This document shows positions 56,964-64,000 of a DNA stretch of 64,000 bases, in pieces. The notes under the pieces were generated by a model. It was not told where the DNA came from and made no database searches. It saw only the letters and a list, made by a program, of their open reading frames with translations. The DNA comes from Candidatus Pacearchaeota archaeon. GTDB lineage: Archaea; Nanobdellota; Nanobdellia; Pacearchaeales; GW2011-AR1. The stretch lies in assembly GCA_026002795.1 (NCBI GenBank), contig BPGA01000001.1, positions 91,470 to 155,469 on the forward strand, in the 5' to 3' direction. Numbering within the stretch: position 1 is the stretch's first letter; the number at the start of each line of letters is the position of its first letter. The position numbers and the translations under genes were made by a program.

Positions 56964-57494
56964 TTATTTCCTCTCTAGTTTGTCTTCTTTTATGTTGAAA
57001 TAATTGTAAAATTCTTCACTAAGTGTTAATTCTTGAGTTCTTCCTAATTTTTTTTTGTTTATAAGTCCTAATTCATAAAATTTTTTTATATGATCATAAG
57101 CTTTATTTCCTCTAATTTTCACAACAACTGATTGTTTTACTGGCTGTTTATATGCTATAATTGCAAGAGTCTCTTTTTCAGCTTTAGAGAATTCTTCAGA
57201 TCCAGAAGCAAGTCTATTAACAAGATAATAAAATTCTTGTTTAACATCCATCTTCCATGTTTTTGTATTTTCAATAGTTTTTTCAATTATCTCTATAGCA
57301 GAATTTTCATTATTGTACTTTTTTTTAAGAATTTCCATTATCTCTTTTATTATTATTGGATTTAAATCAGAATAATTTACAAGCTCTCTTAAGTTTAAGT
57401 ATCTTGCAGAAATAAACAAAATTGCTTCTACTTTTTTTATGTGTTCCTTTTCCATTTTTAAATCTCTATTTTTTATTTCATTTTTTTCTTTCAT
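56964..57494 (-). CDS. scpB: Segregation and condensation protein B.
   Basis: VEAILFISARYLNLRELV, ETLAIIAYKQPVKQSVVVKIRG, and tandem winged helices. Confidence 0.7.
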   Translation of the reverse strand: MKEKNEIKNRDLKMEKEHIKKVEAILFISARYLNLRELVNYSDLNPIIIKEIMEILKKKYNNENSAIEIIEKTIENTKTWKMDVKQEFYYLVNRLASGSEEFSKAEKETLAIIAYKQPVKQSVVVKIRGNKAYDHIKKFYELGLINKKKLGRTQELTLSEEFYNYFNIKEDKLERK

Positions 57495-57511
57495 TTTTTT
57501 ATTTTAAGTTT

Positions 57512-58591
57512 TTATATTCTAAATCTTAAAATTGAACCTATACCGCCCATGTTATAGAATTGTTCACCTTCTTCTGTCTCTAAAGAGATTATTTTTATTT
57601 CAGAACCTATATTTTCTGCAAGTTTTTTAAATTCTAGAGATTTTGTTTTAGGGATTTTTGATGAAATGTAAAGTGTTTCAACAGCTCCTGCTTCTAAAGC
57701 TTTTCTTGTTTTTTCCTCTCCCAGTGTTGTTTTTTCTGGATTTTTTCCTAGTTCATAAAAAAATTTTTCTATTGTTTTTTTCTCTTCTATTATTTCATGA
57801 GAAGCTAACAAATCCTTAGATTTTTCAACCAGCTCTTTAAGGCCTGATTCAGAAGCATCACCAATATCAATCTTACCAATAATTTTTTCTTTTAAAGGAT
57901 TTATTAAGTAATCTCCTTCTAAAAATTCATCTTTTGTTGGTATTGGGCCTCCAATAATAATTCCTTTAAGCTTAGGCATATTCAAAAAAATTTTTTTAAT
58001 ATCTTCTGCAATTCTTTTATAAAATTCTTTTGTAAGGCCTTCTGTAATCCTATGAAATCTTTGAGAAGACTGGCCGCCAGCCCTTATCTTACTAGGAATT
58101 CCTGAAGTCATTTTTTGCAGAATTTCAATTTTTTTTCCTTCCAAAATTCCTATTGTTGCTTCTTTTCTATCCATAACAACCAATCCATAGATATCTTTAT
58201 CTTCAATCATCTCTCTTAAAGGATCAAGAATAAATTCTTTATCACACCTGTACATTCTTGTTTTTAAAGGGGTTGGTGGTTCTATAATCCAAATTCTTAA
58301 ATCTTCTTGACCTTCAATTTTAGAAACATTTCCACAAAAAATAGCTAAACCATTCTCAGGAGTTTTTTTGTAATCTCTTAAATACCTTGTTATTTTATCT
58401 AAAGCATTTCCTACGTTTTTTCTTGTGCTTGTTGATTTAATGTTTTTTGCTGTTGATTTTTCTGCCTCAAGTTGATCAACAACTGTATAAATATTTTGAC
58501 CTGATGGGATGTAAACTGTTATTAGTTCTGTCGCTCTTCCTTTATGTTTTTCTAGCTCTCCTAAGGTTTCTTTAAGTTCTTCTTTATCCAT
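57512..58591 (-). CDS. prf1: Peptide chain release factor aRF1, somewhat short at 359 aa.
   Basis: TELITVYIP, NIKS motif (KNIKSTSTRKNV), GGQ motif (RAGGQSSQRF). Confidence 0.88.
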   Translation of the reverse strand: MDKEELKETLGELEKHKGRATELITVYIPSGQNIYTVVDQLEAEKSTAKNIKSTSTRKNVGNALDKITRYLRDYKKTPENGLAIFCGNVSKIEGQEDLRIWIIEPPTPLKTRMYRCDKEFILDPLREMIEDKDIYGLVVMDRKEATIGILEGKKIEILQKMTSGIPSKIRAGGQSSQRFHRITEGLTKEFYKRIAEDIKKIFLNMPKLKGIIIGGPIPTKDEFLEGDYLINPLKEKIIGKIDIGDASESGLKELVEKSKDLLASHEIIEEKKTIEKFFYELGKNPEKTTLGEEKTRKALEAGAVETLYISSKIPKTKSLEFKKLAENIGSEIKIISLETEEGEQFYNMGGIGSILRFRI

Positions 58592-58592
58592 C

Positions 58593-60938
58593 TTATAAAA
58601 ATTCTACCTTAAAACTACCTTCTTTTATCTCTTTTGCTTTATTAACATGTTTAAAGTCTTCAAGAATTTTTTTTATTTTTCTAAAATCTTCTTTTTTAAG
58701 ATAGATTATACATTCAGAATTCATTGGTTTTTTATTTAAAGTCTTTTCTTGTCTTACTTTTTTTAGTAATTCGAAAAATAATTCCAATTCTGAGAAATCT
58801 CTTTTTTTGAAATATTTAGGCCAAGAACATAAGTGTATGCTTTTTTCTTTTTCATTTTTTTTATAATGTTTTTGATAAAGGTGCTCTGTTACAAATGGAG
58901 TTATTGGAGCAAACATCTTTAGTAGTGAAAAAAATGAAGTGTAAAGAGTGTAGGCTGCTGATTGCTTTTGATTTTTGTTTCCATTGTAAATTCTCCATTT
59001 TATTATTTCTAGGTAATTATCACAAAAATCATGCCAAAAAAAATCTTCAAGAAGAGCTTTTGCTCTAGCATAATCATAATTTTCAAAGCTTTTTGTTACG
59101 CTTAAAATTAAATAATTAATTTTGTTTAAAAAAAGAGCATCGAGAGCTTCAGGTTTTTTTGGTTTTTTTGGTTTTTGTTTTATTTGAGAAAATATAAAAT
59201 TAGCTGCATTTATTATTTTTATAATAAACTTTTTTCCTGTAATTATGTCTTTTTCTTGATAGTTAAAATCTTCTCCAAGTTTAGAGCCTGCGGCCCAGTA
59301 TCTTATTGTATCTGCTCCATATTTTTGCATTATTTCTTGAGGTCTAACTATATTTCCTTTTGATTTTGACATTTTTTCGCCCTCGATTTTAACAAACCCA
59401 GAGATTGCGACATCTTTCCACGGGTTTTTATTGAAATGTAATCTTGATTTTAAGAGAGTATTAAAAAGCCAGAAAGTTATTATATCATGAGCCTGCGGCC
59501 TTAAGCTCATAGGAAAAAGTTTTTTTTGTATTTTTTTGTTTTTTATAAGAGTTATAGCAATTTGAGGAGTCATTGAAGAGGTAAACCAAGTATTTAAAAC
59601 ATCCATTTCAGGAATAAATTCTTTGCTTCCGCATTTTTTACATTTTGATTTTGGTTTATCTTTTTGAGGATCAACAGGAAGTTGAGATTTTTCTGCTAAA
59701 ATAACTTCGTCACAATTTTTGCAATACCAAACCGGAAAAGGAACTCCAAAATACCTTTGGTTTGAAATTAACCAATCCCATTGTAGTCCTTTAACCCAAT
59801 TGTCATACCTGTGTTTCATGTATTTAGGATACCATTTAAGCTCTGAACCCCATTTTAAAAGCTGTTTTTTTAAATCAAGGTATTTGACAAACCATTGTTT
59901 GCTCTTTAAGAACTCAATTTCAGTACCGCATCTTTCATGAACATTAACAAAATGTTTTATCTTTTCTTGTTTTATTAATAAGCCTTCTTTTTTTAGGTCT
60001 GAAATTATTTCTTCTCTAGCTTTTTTTATTGGCATTCCTGAATATTTTCCAGAAATTTCACTCATTTTACCGTTTTCAGTTATTGCTGTTTTAATTGGAA
60101 GATTGTAAGCTTTTTGCCATTCCATGTCTGTCTGATCGCCAAAAGTACAACACATAACTATTCCTGTTCCTTTCTCGGGATTAACTCTTTTATCTTCCAT
60201 AATTGGAACTTCAAAATTAAAAAGAGGAACTTTTGCTTTTTTTCCTAAAAATTTTTTGTATCTTTTGTCAGAAGGGTGGTAAAATATTGCAACACAAGCT
60301 GGTAAAAGTTCTGGTCTTGTTGTTGATATAACAATTCTTTCTTCATCACAATTAAAAACAATATCATTAAACCATGCTTCTTTTTCTTTATCTTGAACTT
60401 CTACTTGAGCAACGCCTGTCATACATTCAGGACACCACATTGCAGGAGCTTCTTTCCTATAGATTCTACCTCTTTTATAAAGATCTAAAAAAGACCATTG
60501 AGAAATTTTTTGTGAATGTCTATCTATTGTTGAGTAGAGTATGCTGAAATCACAAGAAATACCCATGTTTTTCCAATCTTGTATGAATTTTGGAAGTTCT
60601 TCTTTTAGGAATTCCATACACAAATTAATGAATTCTTGTCTTTCCATTTCTTTTGCTTTAACATTTTTCTTTTTTTCAACAAGTCTTTCTGTAGGCAGTC
60701 CATTATCATCTGTTCCAAATGGGTAAAAAACATTAAACCCAGACATTCTTTTGAATCTTGCAATAAAATCTGCTTGTGAATAAGAAAAAGCATGTCCAAG
60801 ATGCATTTCTCCTGAAACAGTTGGGGGAGGAGTATCAATTGAAAAAATTTTCTTTTTTGAATTGTATTTAAAACTATATATTTTTTCTTTCTCCCAAAAG
60901 TTCAAGATGCTTTTTTCGTCTATTATTGCTTCTGTCAT
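58593..60938 (-). CDS. valS: Valyl-tRNA synthetase.
   Basis: DTPPPTVSGEMHLGHAFSY (HIGH-type motif), an editing-domain region, and KMSKSKGN. The 781-aa length fits ValRS better than IleRS or LeuRS. Confidence 0.8.
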   Translation of the reverse strand: MTEAIIDEKSILNFWEKEKIYSFKYNSKKKIFSIDTPPPTVSGEMHLGHAFSYSQADFIARFKRMSGFNVFYPFGTDDNGLPTERLVEKKKNVKAKEMERQEFINLCMEFLKEELPKFIQDWKNMGISCDFSILYSTIDRHSQKISQWSFLDLYKRGRIYRKEAPAMWCPECMTGVAQVEVQDKEKEAWFNDIVFNCDEERIVISTTRPELLPACVAIFYHPSDKRYKKFLGKKAKVPLFNFEVPIMEDKRVNPEKGTGIVMCCTFGDQTDMEWQKAYNLPIKTAITENGKMSEISGKYSGMPIKKAREEIISDLKKEGLLIKQEKIKHFVNVHERCGTEIEFLKSKQWFVKYLDLKKQLLKWGSELKWYPKYMKHRYDNWVKGLQWDWLISNQRYFGVPFPVWYCKNCDEVILAEKSQLPVDPQKDKPKSKCKKCGSKEFIPEMDVLNTWFTSSMTPQIAITLIKNKKIQKKLFPMSLRPQAHDIITFWLFNTLLKSRLHFNKNPWKDVAISGFVKIEGEKMSKSKGNIVRPQEIMQKYGADTIRYWAAGSKLGEDFNYQEKDIITGKKFIIKIINAANFIFSQIKQKPKKPKKPEALDALFLNKINYLILSVTKSFENYDYARAKALLEDFFWHDFCDNYLEIIKWRIYNGNKNQKQSAAYTLYTSFFSLLKMFAPITPFVTEHLYQKHYKKNEKEKSIHLCSWPKYFKKRDFSELELFFELLKKVRQEKTLNKKPMNSECIIYLKKEDFRKIKKILEDFKHVNKAKEIKEGSFKVEFL

Positions 60939-60990
60939 TATAAGTATATAAAATAATAACTTTTAAAAACTATTTGAATTTATTATAAAA

Positions 60991-61146
60991 ATGGCTGACA
61001 ATAGAGTAAGTGTACCAGCTGGTTTTGGTGGTTTATTGAGATTTGAAGAAGAATATGAAAGCAAAATAAATTTGAAACCTGAGCATGTTGTTTTTTTTGT
61101 TGTCCTAATTGTGTTTTTTAGGGTTGTTCTTGGGATTCTTTATTAA
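60991..61146 (+). CDS. secG: Preprotein translocase subunit Sec61-beta (archaeal SecG), 51 aa, not in the ORF track.
   Basis: Hand translation: MADNRVSVPAGFGGLLRFEEEYESKINLKPEHVVFFVVLIVFFRVVLGILY, tail-anchored with a (P)AG..GL.RF.EE motif. Confidence 0.65.
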   Translation: MADNRVSVPAGFGGLLRFEEEYESKINLKPEHVVFFVVLIVFFRVVLGILY

Positions 61147-61171
61147 AATTAAAGAGTTTAATAAAATAAAA

Positions 61172-61522
61172 ATGCTAGGATTTGGAAAAGGTTTTGATCA
61201 AAAAAAGATGAATGCTTTAATGAAACAGCTTGGCATCTCGCAAGAAGAATTAGAAGCTGAGAGAGTGATAATAGAGAGAGCGGATGGTAAGATTATAATA
61301 GAGAATCCTATAGTTACAAAAATAAATGTTCAGGGGCAAGAGAGTTTCCAGATATCAGGAGAGGTAAAAGAAGAGAGTAATCTTTCTGGGGAAAATGGTT
61401 TCTCTGAAGAAGATATCTTAACTGTAATGGAAAAAACAAATGCTTCTAGAGATGAAGCAATTAAAGCTTTAGAGAAAAACAAAGGAGATTTAGCAGAGGC
61501 AATTTTAGAGTTAAGCTCTTAG
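61172..61522 (+). CDS. nac: Nascent polypeptide-associated complex protein (archaeal NAC).
   Basis: MNALMKQLGI, a NAC domain, and a C-terminal UBA-like region (EEDILTVMEKTNASRDEAIKALEKNKGDLAEAILEL). The track ORF begins earlier, but the ATG at 61172 is preferred. Confidence 0.8.
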   Translation: MLGFGKGFDQKKMNALMKQLGISQEELEAERVIIERADGKIIIENPIVTKINVQGQESFQISGEVKEESNLSGENGFSEEDILTVMEKTNASRDEAIKALEKNKGDLAEAILELSS

Positions 61523-61591
61523 TTTATTTTCAACTGAAAAATTATTTTTTGTCACCAACAATTATATTAATTATAAAGAATTTATTTTTAT

Positions 61592-62047
61592 ATGAATAAT
61601 TTTAATGATTTTTTATTAGAAGCAGAAAGGTCTTTAATTGCTGCTGATCATATGGTTTATGTTAGTTTTCCTTTAATAAAAGATAAAAGACTTTTGATAA
61701 AGGCGATACAAGAGATTAAAAAATCAATGTTTTTTTTAATAAGAGCAATTTTAGAAAGAGAAAATCAGAATAAAAAAATTTTAACAAATGGCGATTTAAA
61801 GTTGTCTTTCAAGAATTTAAAAGACAGCATAGCAAAAAAGTATAATCTATCAAATAATGACTTAGTTTTAATTTCTGAAATTTTTGAAATATCTGAATTT
61901 TATAAAGAAAGCTCATTTGAATTTATAAGAGGTAATAAAGTTGTTTTTTTAACAGAGGATTTAAAGCCTGTTTCTATATCTATTGAAAAAATTAAAGAGT
62001 TAATTGTTTTTTCTAAAGGCCTTATAAAAAGAGTTAAAGAGAAGTAA
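61592..62047 (+). CDS. Hypothetical helical protein, paralog A of a tandem pair.
   Basis: 151 aa. The N-terminal LLEAERSLIAADHMVYVSF matches LIREKISADHLLYVSF in the next gene. Confidence 0.45.
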   Translation: MNNFNDFLLEAERSLIAADHMVYVSFPLIKDKRLLIKAIQEIKKSMFFLIRAILERENQNKKILTNGDLKLSFKNLKDSIAKKYNLSNNDLVLISEIFEISEFYKESSFEFIRGNKVVFLTEDLKPVSISIEKIKELIVFSKGLIKRVKEK

Positions 62048-62177
62048 AAAACCATGATTCTTTTAGTGTTTATTTAAAGATTTTTTGTAGATTTTTAAAA
62101 TTAGTGTATATATGTGTATAGCTTATCGAGGAAAAATATAAAAAGGCATTTTCCTTATTAATTATTAGCTCTATTTT

Positions 62178-62624
62178 GTGGTAGTAAAAGTTATGGAAGA
62201 CTTAATTAGAGAGAAAATAAGTGCAGATCATCTTTTGTATGTTAGTTTTAAATACACAAAAACCTGTGATGTAATTTTGAATCTAATTCTTAGATGGAGA
62301 AAGATGATAGAAAGGGGTATAGATTATGCTTTAAAAAGATCAAAGGAGAAAAAGAAAATTTCTAAAATTCCTGAGAGTCCTGTAGGAAAAATTGATTTAG
62401 TTAAAAAACTTTTTAGTAAAAATGAGGACATTATGAAGGTTATTGAGATGTATGAACTTTTCAGAAAAATTGAATCTTTGCCAAAAGAAAGAATTGGAGA
62501 ATTTAGAAAAAATGTGACTTTAAAAGTTATTTATGAAGGTAAAGAAATAAACATAAATACAGAAAAATTAAAAGAGTACTCTGATAACCTCGAAAAATTT
62601 GTAAACACCTTAAAAGTTTTATGA
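62178..62624 (+). CDS. Hypothetical helical protein, paralog B of a tandem pair.
   Basis: 148 aa, sharing the N-terminal motif and overall length with the previous gene. Confidence 0.45.
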   Translation: MVVKVMEDLIREKISADHLLYVSFKYTKTCDVILNLILRWRKMIERGIDYALKRSKEKKKISKIPESPVGKIDLVKKLFSKNEDIMKVIEMYELFRKIESLPKERIGEFRKNVTLKVIYEGKEININTEKLKEYSDNLEKFVNTLKVL

Positions 62625-62742
62625 TGGCTGTTGGAATGTGTTAATTGAATAGAATGTTTTAATTGAATATTGAAGTTATTAAATTTAAAATTATAATAAG
62701 GTTTAAAAATTTGTTCTTGTTTTTAAAGATTAATATAGAAAA

Positions 62743-63516
62743 ATGTCAAAAATAATTGTGATAACTTCTGGAAAGGGTGGTGTTGGAAAAACAACAACTG
62801 CTGTGAACTTAGCTGCTGCGTTAAGGTATTTTGGAAAAGATGTGCTTATTGTTGATGGTAATTTATCAACTCCAAATGTTGGTATACATTTAAATGCACA
62901 TACAGTTCCTGTAAGTTTAAATCATGTTTTAAGAGGAATCGCACATCCAATGGAAGCTGTTTATGAACATGAAACCGGAATAAAAGTTATGCCTGCTTCT
63001 CTTTCAATAAAAGAGCTAAAAAAAACAAGAGCAGAAAGATTAAAATCTTTTAGAACTGATTTTAAAAGGATAGCTCCTTATGTGATTGTTGATTGTGCTG
63101 CTGGTTTAGGTAATGAGGCTGTTTGCGCTATAGAGGCTGCTGATGAGGTTATAATTGTAACAAACCCAGAGTTGCCTGCTATAACAGATGCATTAAAAAC
63201 AATAAAGTTAGCTGAACAGTTAAAAAAACCAGTAATAGGAGGTATTGTAACAAGAGTTCAAAAAACAGAATCAGAGCTTGAGCCAGAAGTTGTAAAAGAG
63301 ATGTTAGAGGTACCTGTTATAGGAATGGTTCCAGAAGATGAGCATGTTAAAAAATCAATAAAAGAAAAAAAACCAGTTGTACATAGGCATCCAAGAAGCA
63401 AAGCTGCTCGTGCTTACAAAGAAATAACTGCAAAACTTTTTAATTTTCCTTACGATTCTAAAAAAGAAAGAGAAAAATTGTTTCATAAGATAGCTAAATG
63501 GTTTAGTTTTAAGTAG
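62743..63516 (+). CDS. minD: MinD/ParA-family ATPase (archaeal MinD-like).
   Basis: Deviant Walker A SGKGGVGKTT, then VDCAAGLG and TNPELPAITDALK. Confidence 0.85.
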   Translation: MSKIIVITSGKGGVGKTTTAVNLAAALRYFGKDVLIVDGNLSTPNVGIHLNAHTVPVSLNHVLRGIAHPMEAVYEHETGIKVMPASLSIKELKKTRAERLKSFRTDFKRIAPYVIVDCAAGLGNEAVCAIEAADEVIIVTNPELPAITDALKTIKLAEQLKKPVIGGIVTRVQKTESELEPEVVKEMLEVPVIGMVPEDEHVKKSIKEKKPVVHRHPRSKAARAYKEITAKLFNFPYDSKKEREKLFHKIAKWFSFK

Positions 63517-63675
63517 CTTAAATTTTAAGTTATTTAATTGATTTTAGTTTGTTTGATGTGTGGATTTAAATTATAAAGTTATTTATTGGAGTTATTTATT
63601 GATCTGTGTTAAAAGTCTTTTTTTGTTGAATTTAGTTAAGAATAAACTTAAAAAGATAGATTTTTTGTAAATTAA

Positions 63676-64000
63676 ATGGAAAAAGAAACAATTCCTTTTT
63701 CAGAATGGCAAAATATTGATTTAAGAGTTGGAAGAATAATTAAAGTAGATGATATCGAAGGAGCTGACAGACTATATAAGTTAACTGTTGATTTAGGAAA
63801 AGAAATTGGAAAGAGAACATTAATTGCTGGGATAAAACAACATTACACAAAAGAGCAATTAAAAGGAAAACAGTGTGTTGTCTTTACAAATCTTGAAAAA
63901 AAGAAAATAAAAGGTATAGAAAGTCACGGAATGATTTTAGCTGCTGTTTCTAAAGACGAAAGCAAAGTTTTTTTGTTGCAGCCAGATGAAGAAATTGAAG
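63676..64000 (+). CDS. tRNA-binding domain protein (Trbp111/CsaA/MetRS-C-like), partial because it runs off the window end.
   Basis: Hand translation: MEKETIPFSEWQNIDLRVGRIIKVDDIEGADRLYKLTVDLGKEIGKRTLIAGIKQHYTKEQLKGKQCVVFTNLEKKKIKGIESHGMILAA. Confidence 0.75.
   Translation, partial: MEKETIPFSEWQNIDLRVGRIIKVDDIEGADRLYKLTVDLGKEIGKRTLIAGIKQHYTKEQLKGKQCVVFTNLEKKKIKGIESHGMILAAVSKDESKVFLLQPDEEIE

Noticed and set aside
4089-60838. About 25 further short track ORFs of 60-125 aa nested inside or antisense to long genes, for example 4089-4295, 10238-10585, 14911-15225, 21009-21248, 24976-25170, 29572-29754, 31233-31418, 39960-40166, 41174-41356, 41794-41985, 43984-44181, 44258-44470, 45545-46018, 46436-46642, 47962-48339, 49417-49605, 51097-51327, 52402-52758, 55833-56033, 57132-57365, 59175-59363, 59719-59940, 60541-60838.
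   Set aside because: Each overlaps a much longer ORF with recognisable motifs. Their products are Phe/Leu/Ile/Ser-rich strings typical of antisense frames in AT-rich DNA.
26486-61171. N-terminal extensions in the track ORFs that begin at GTG, TTG or upstream ATG codons: 26486, 47078, 61109, 53866, 2962 and possibly 49445.
   Set aside because: Internal ATG codons (26510, 47144, 61172, 53818, 2947) give N-termini that match the conserved family starts and leave room for TATA-like elements. The extensions are hydrophobic or basic junk, or overlap other genes such as sec61-beta.
1-64000. CRISPR arrays, cas genes, transposases, integrases, toxin-antitoxin pairs and known defence systems.
   Set aside because: I found no regularly spaced direct repeats with unique spacers. 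None of the ORF translations shows Cas, transposase (DDE) or integrase (R..H..R..Y) signatures. All repeats I found lie inside genes or are a single tandem duplication.

Overview
AT-rich (about 30% GC by eye) archaeal chromosome segment with DPANN-like hallmarks. It is densely packed with short genes. Promoters are TATA-like (TTTATAAATA), sit about 19 nt before the start codon, and mostly lack Shine-Dalgarno sequences. Two tRNAs carry introns, one tRNA has the anticodon UAU (Ile), and there are many membrane or surface proteins of unknown function. Most of the window is information-processing housekeeping: ThrRS, TrpRS, PheRS alpha and beta, ValRS, aRF1, RFC small and large subunits, FEN1, family-B DNA polymerase, topoisomerase IA, RadB, an Nre-like protein, TFS, RpoL, NAC, Sec61-beta, L41e, MetAP2, Cdc48, PEP synthase, an m5C RNA methyltransferase, Trm5 and MinD. 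I read six tRNAs by hand. I saw no rRNA, CRISPR array, transposase, integrase or recognisable defence system. Three loci deserve the most attention. (1) At the left edge, a modular tail-fibre-like surface protein is interrupted exactly at a conserved LSQLQ joint, continues in the -1 frame, and then switches abruptly to GC-rich codons. It sits next to a ribbon-helix-helix gene with a triple operator-like motif. (2) The Cdc48 neighbourhood holds a translationally coupled Zn-ribbon/AbrB protein, a 134-aa protein that by eye looks like a circularly permuted PPPDE/DeSI-type cysteine peptidase, and a stand-alone receiver domain. (3) A surface-appendage locus holds two class-III-signal pilin-like proteins, an orphan FlaI/GspE N-domain protein and membrane proteins. 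All functional calls come from by-eye motif recognition on the supplied ORF translations. No database search or computation was run. Hand-derived coordinates may be off by 1-2 nt.
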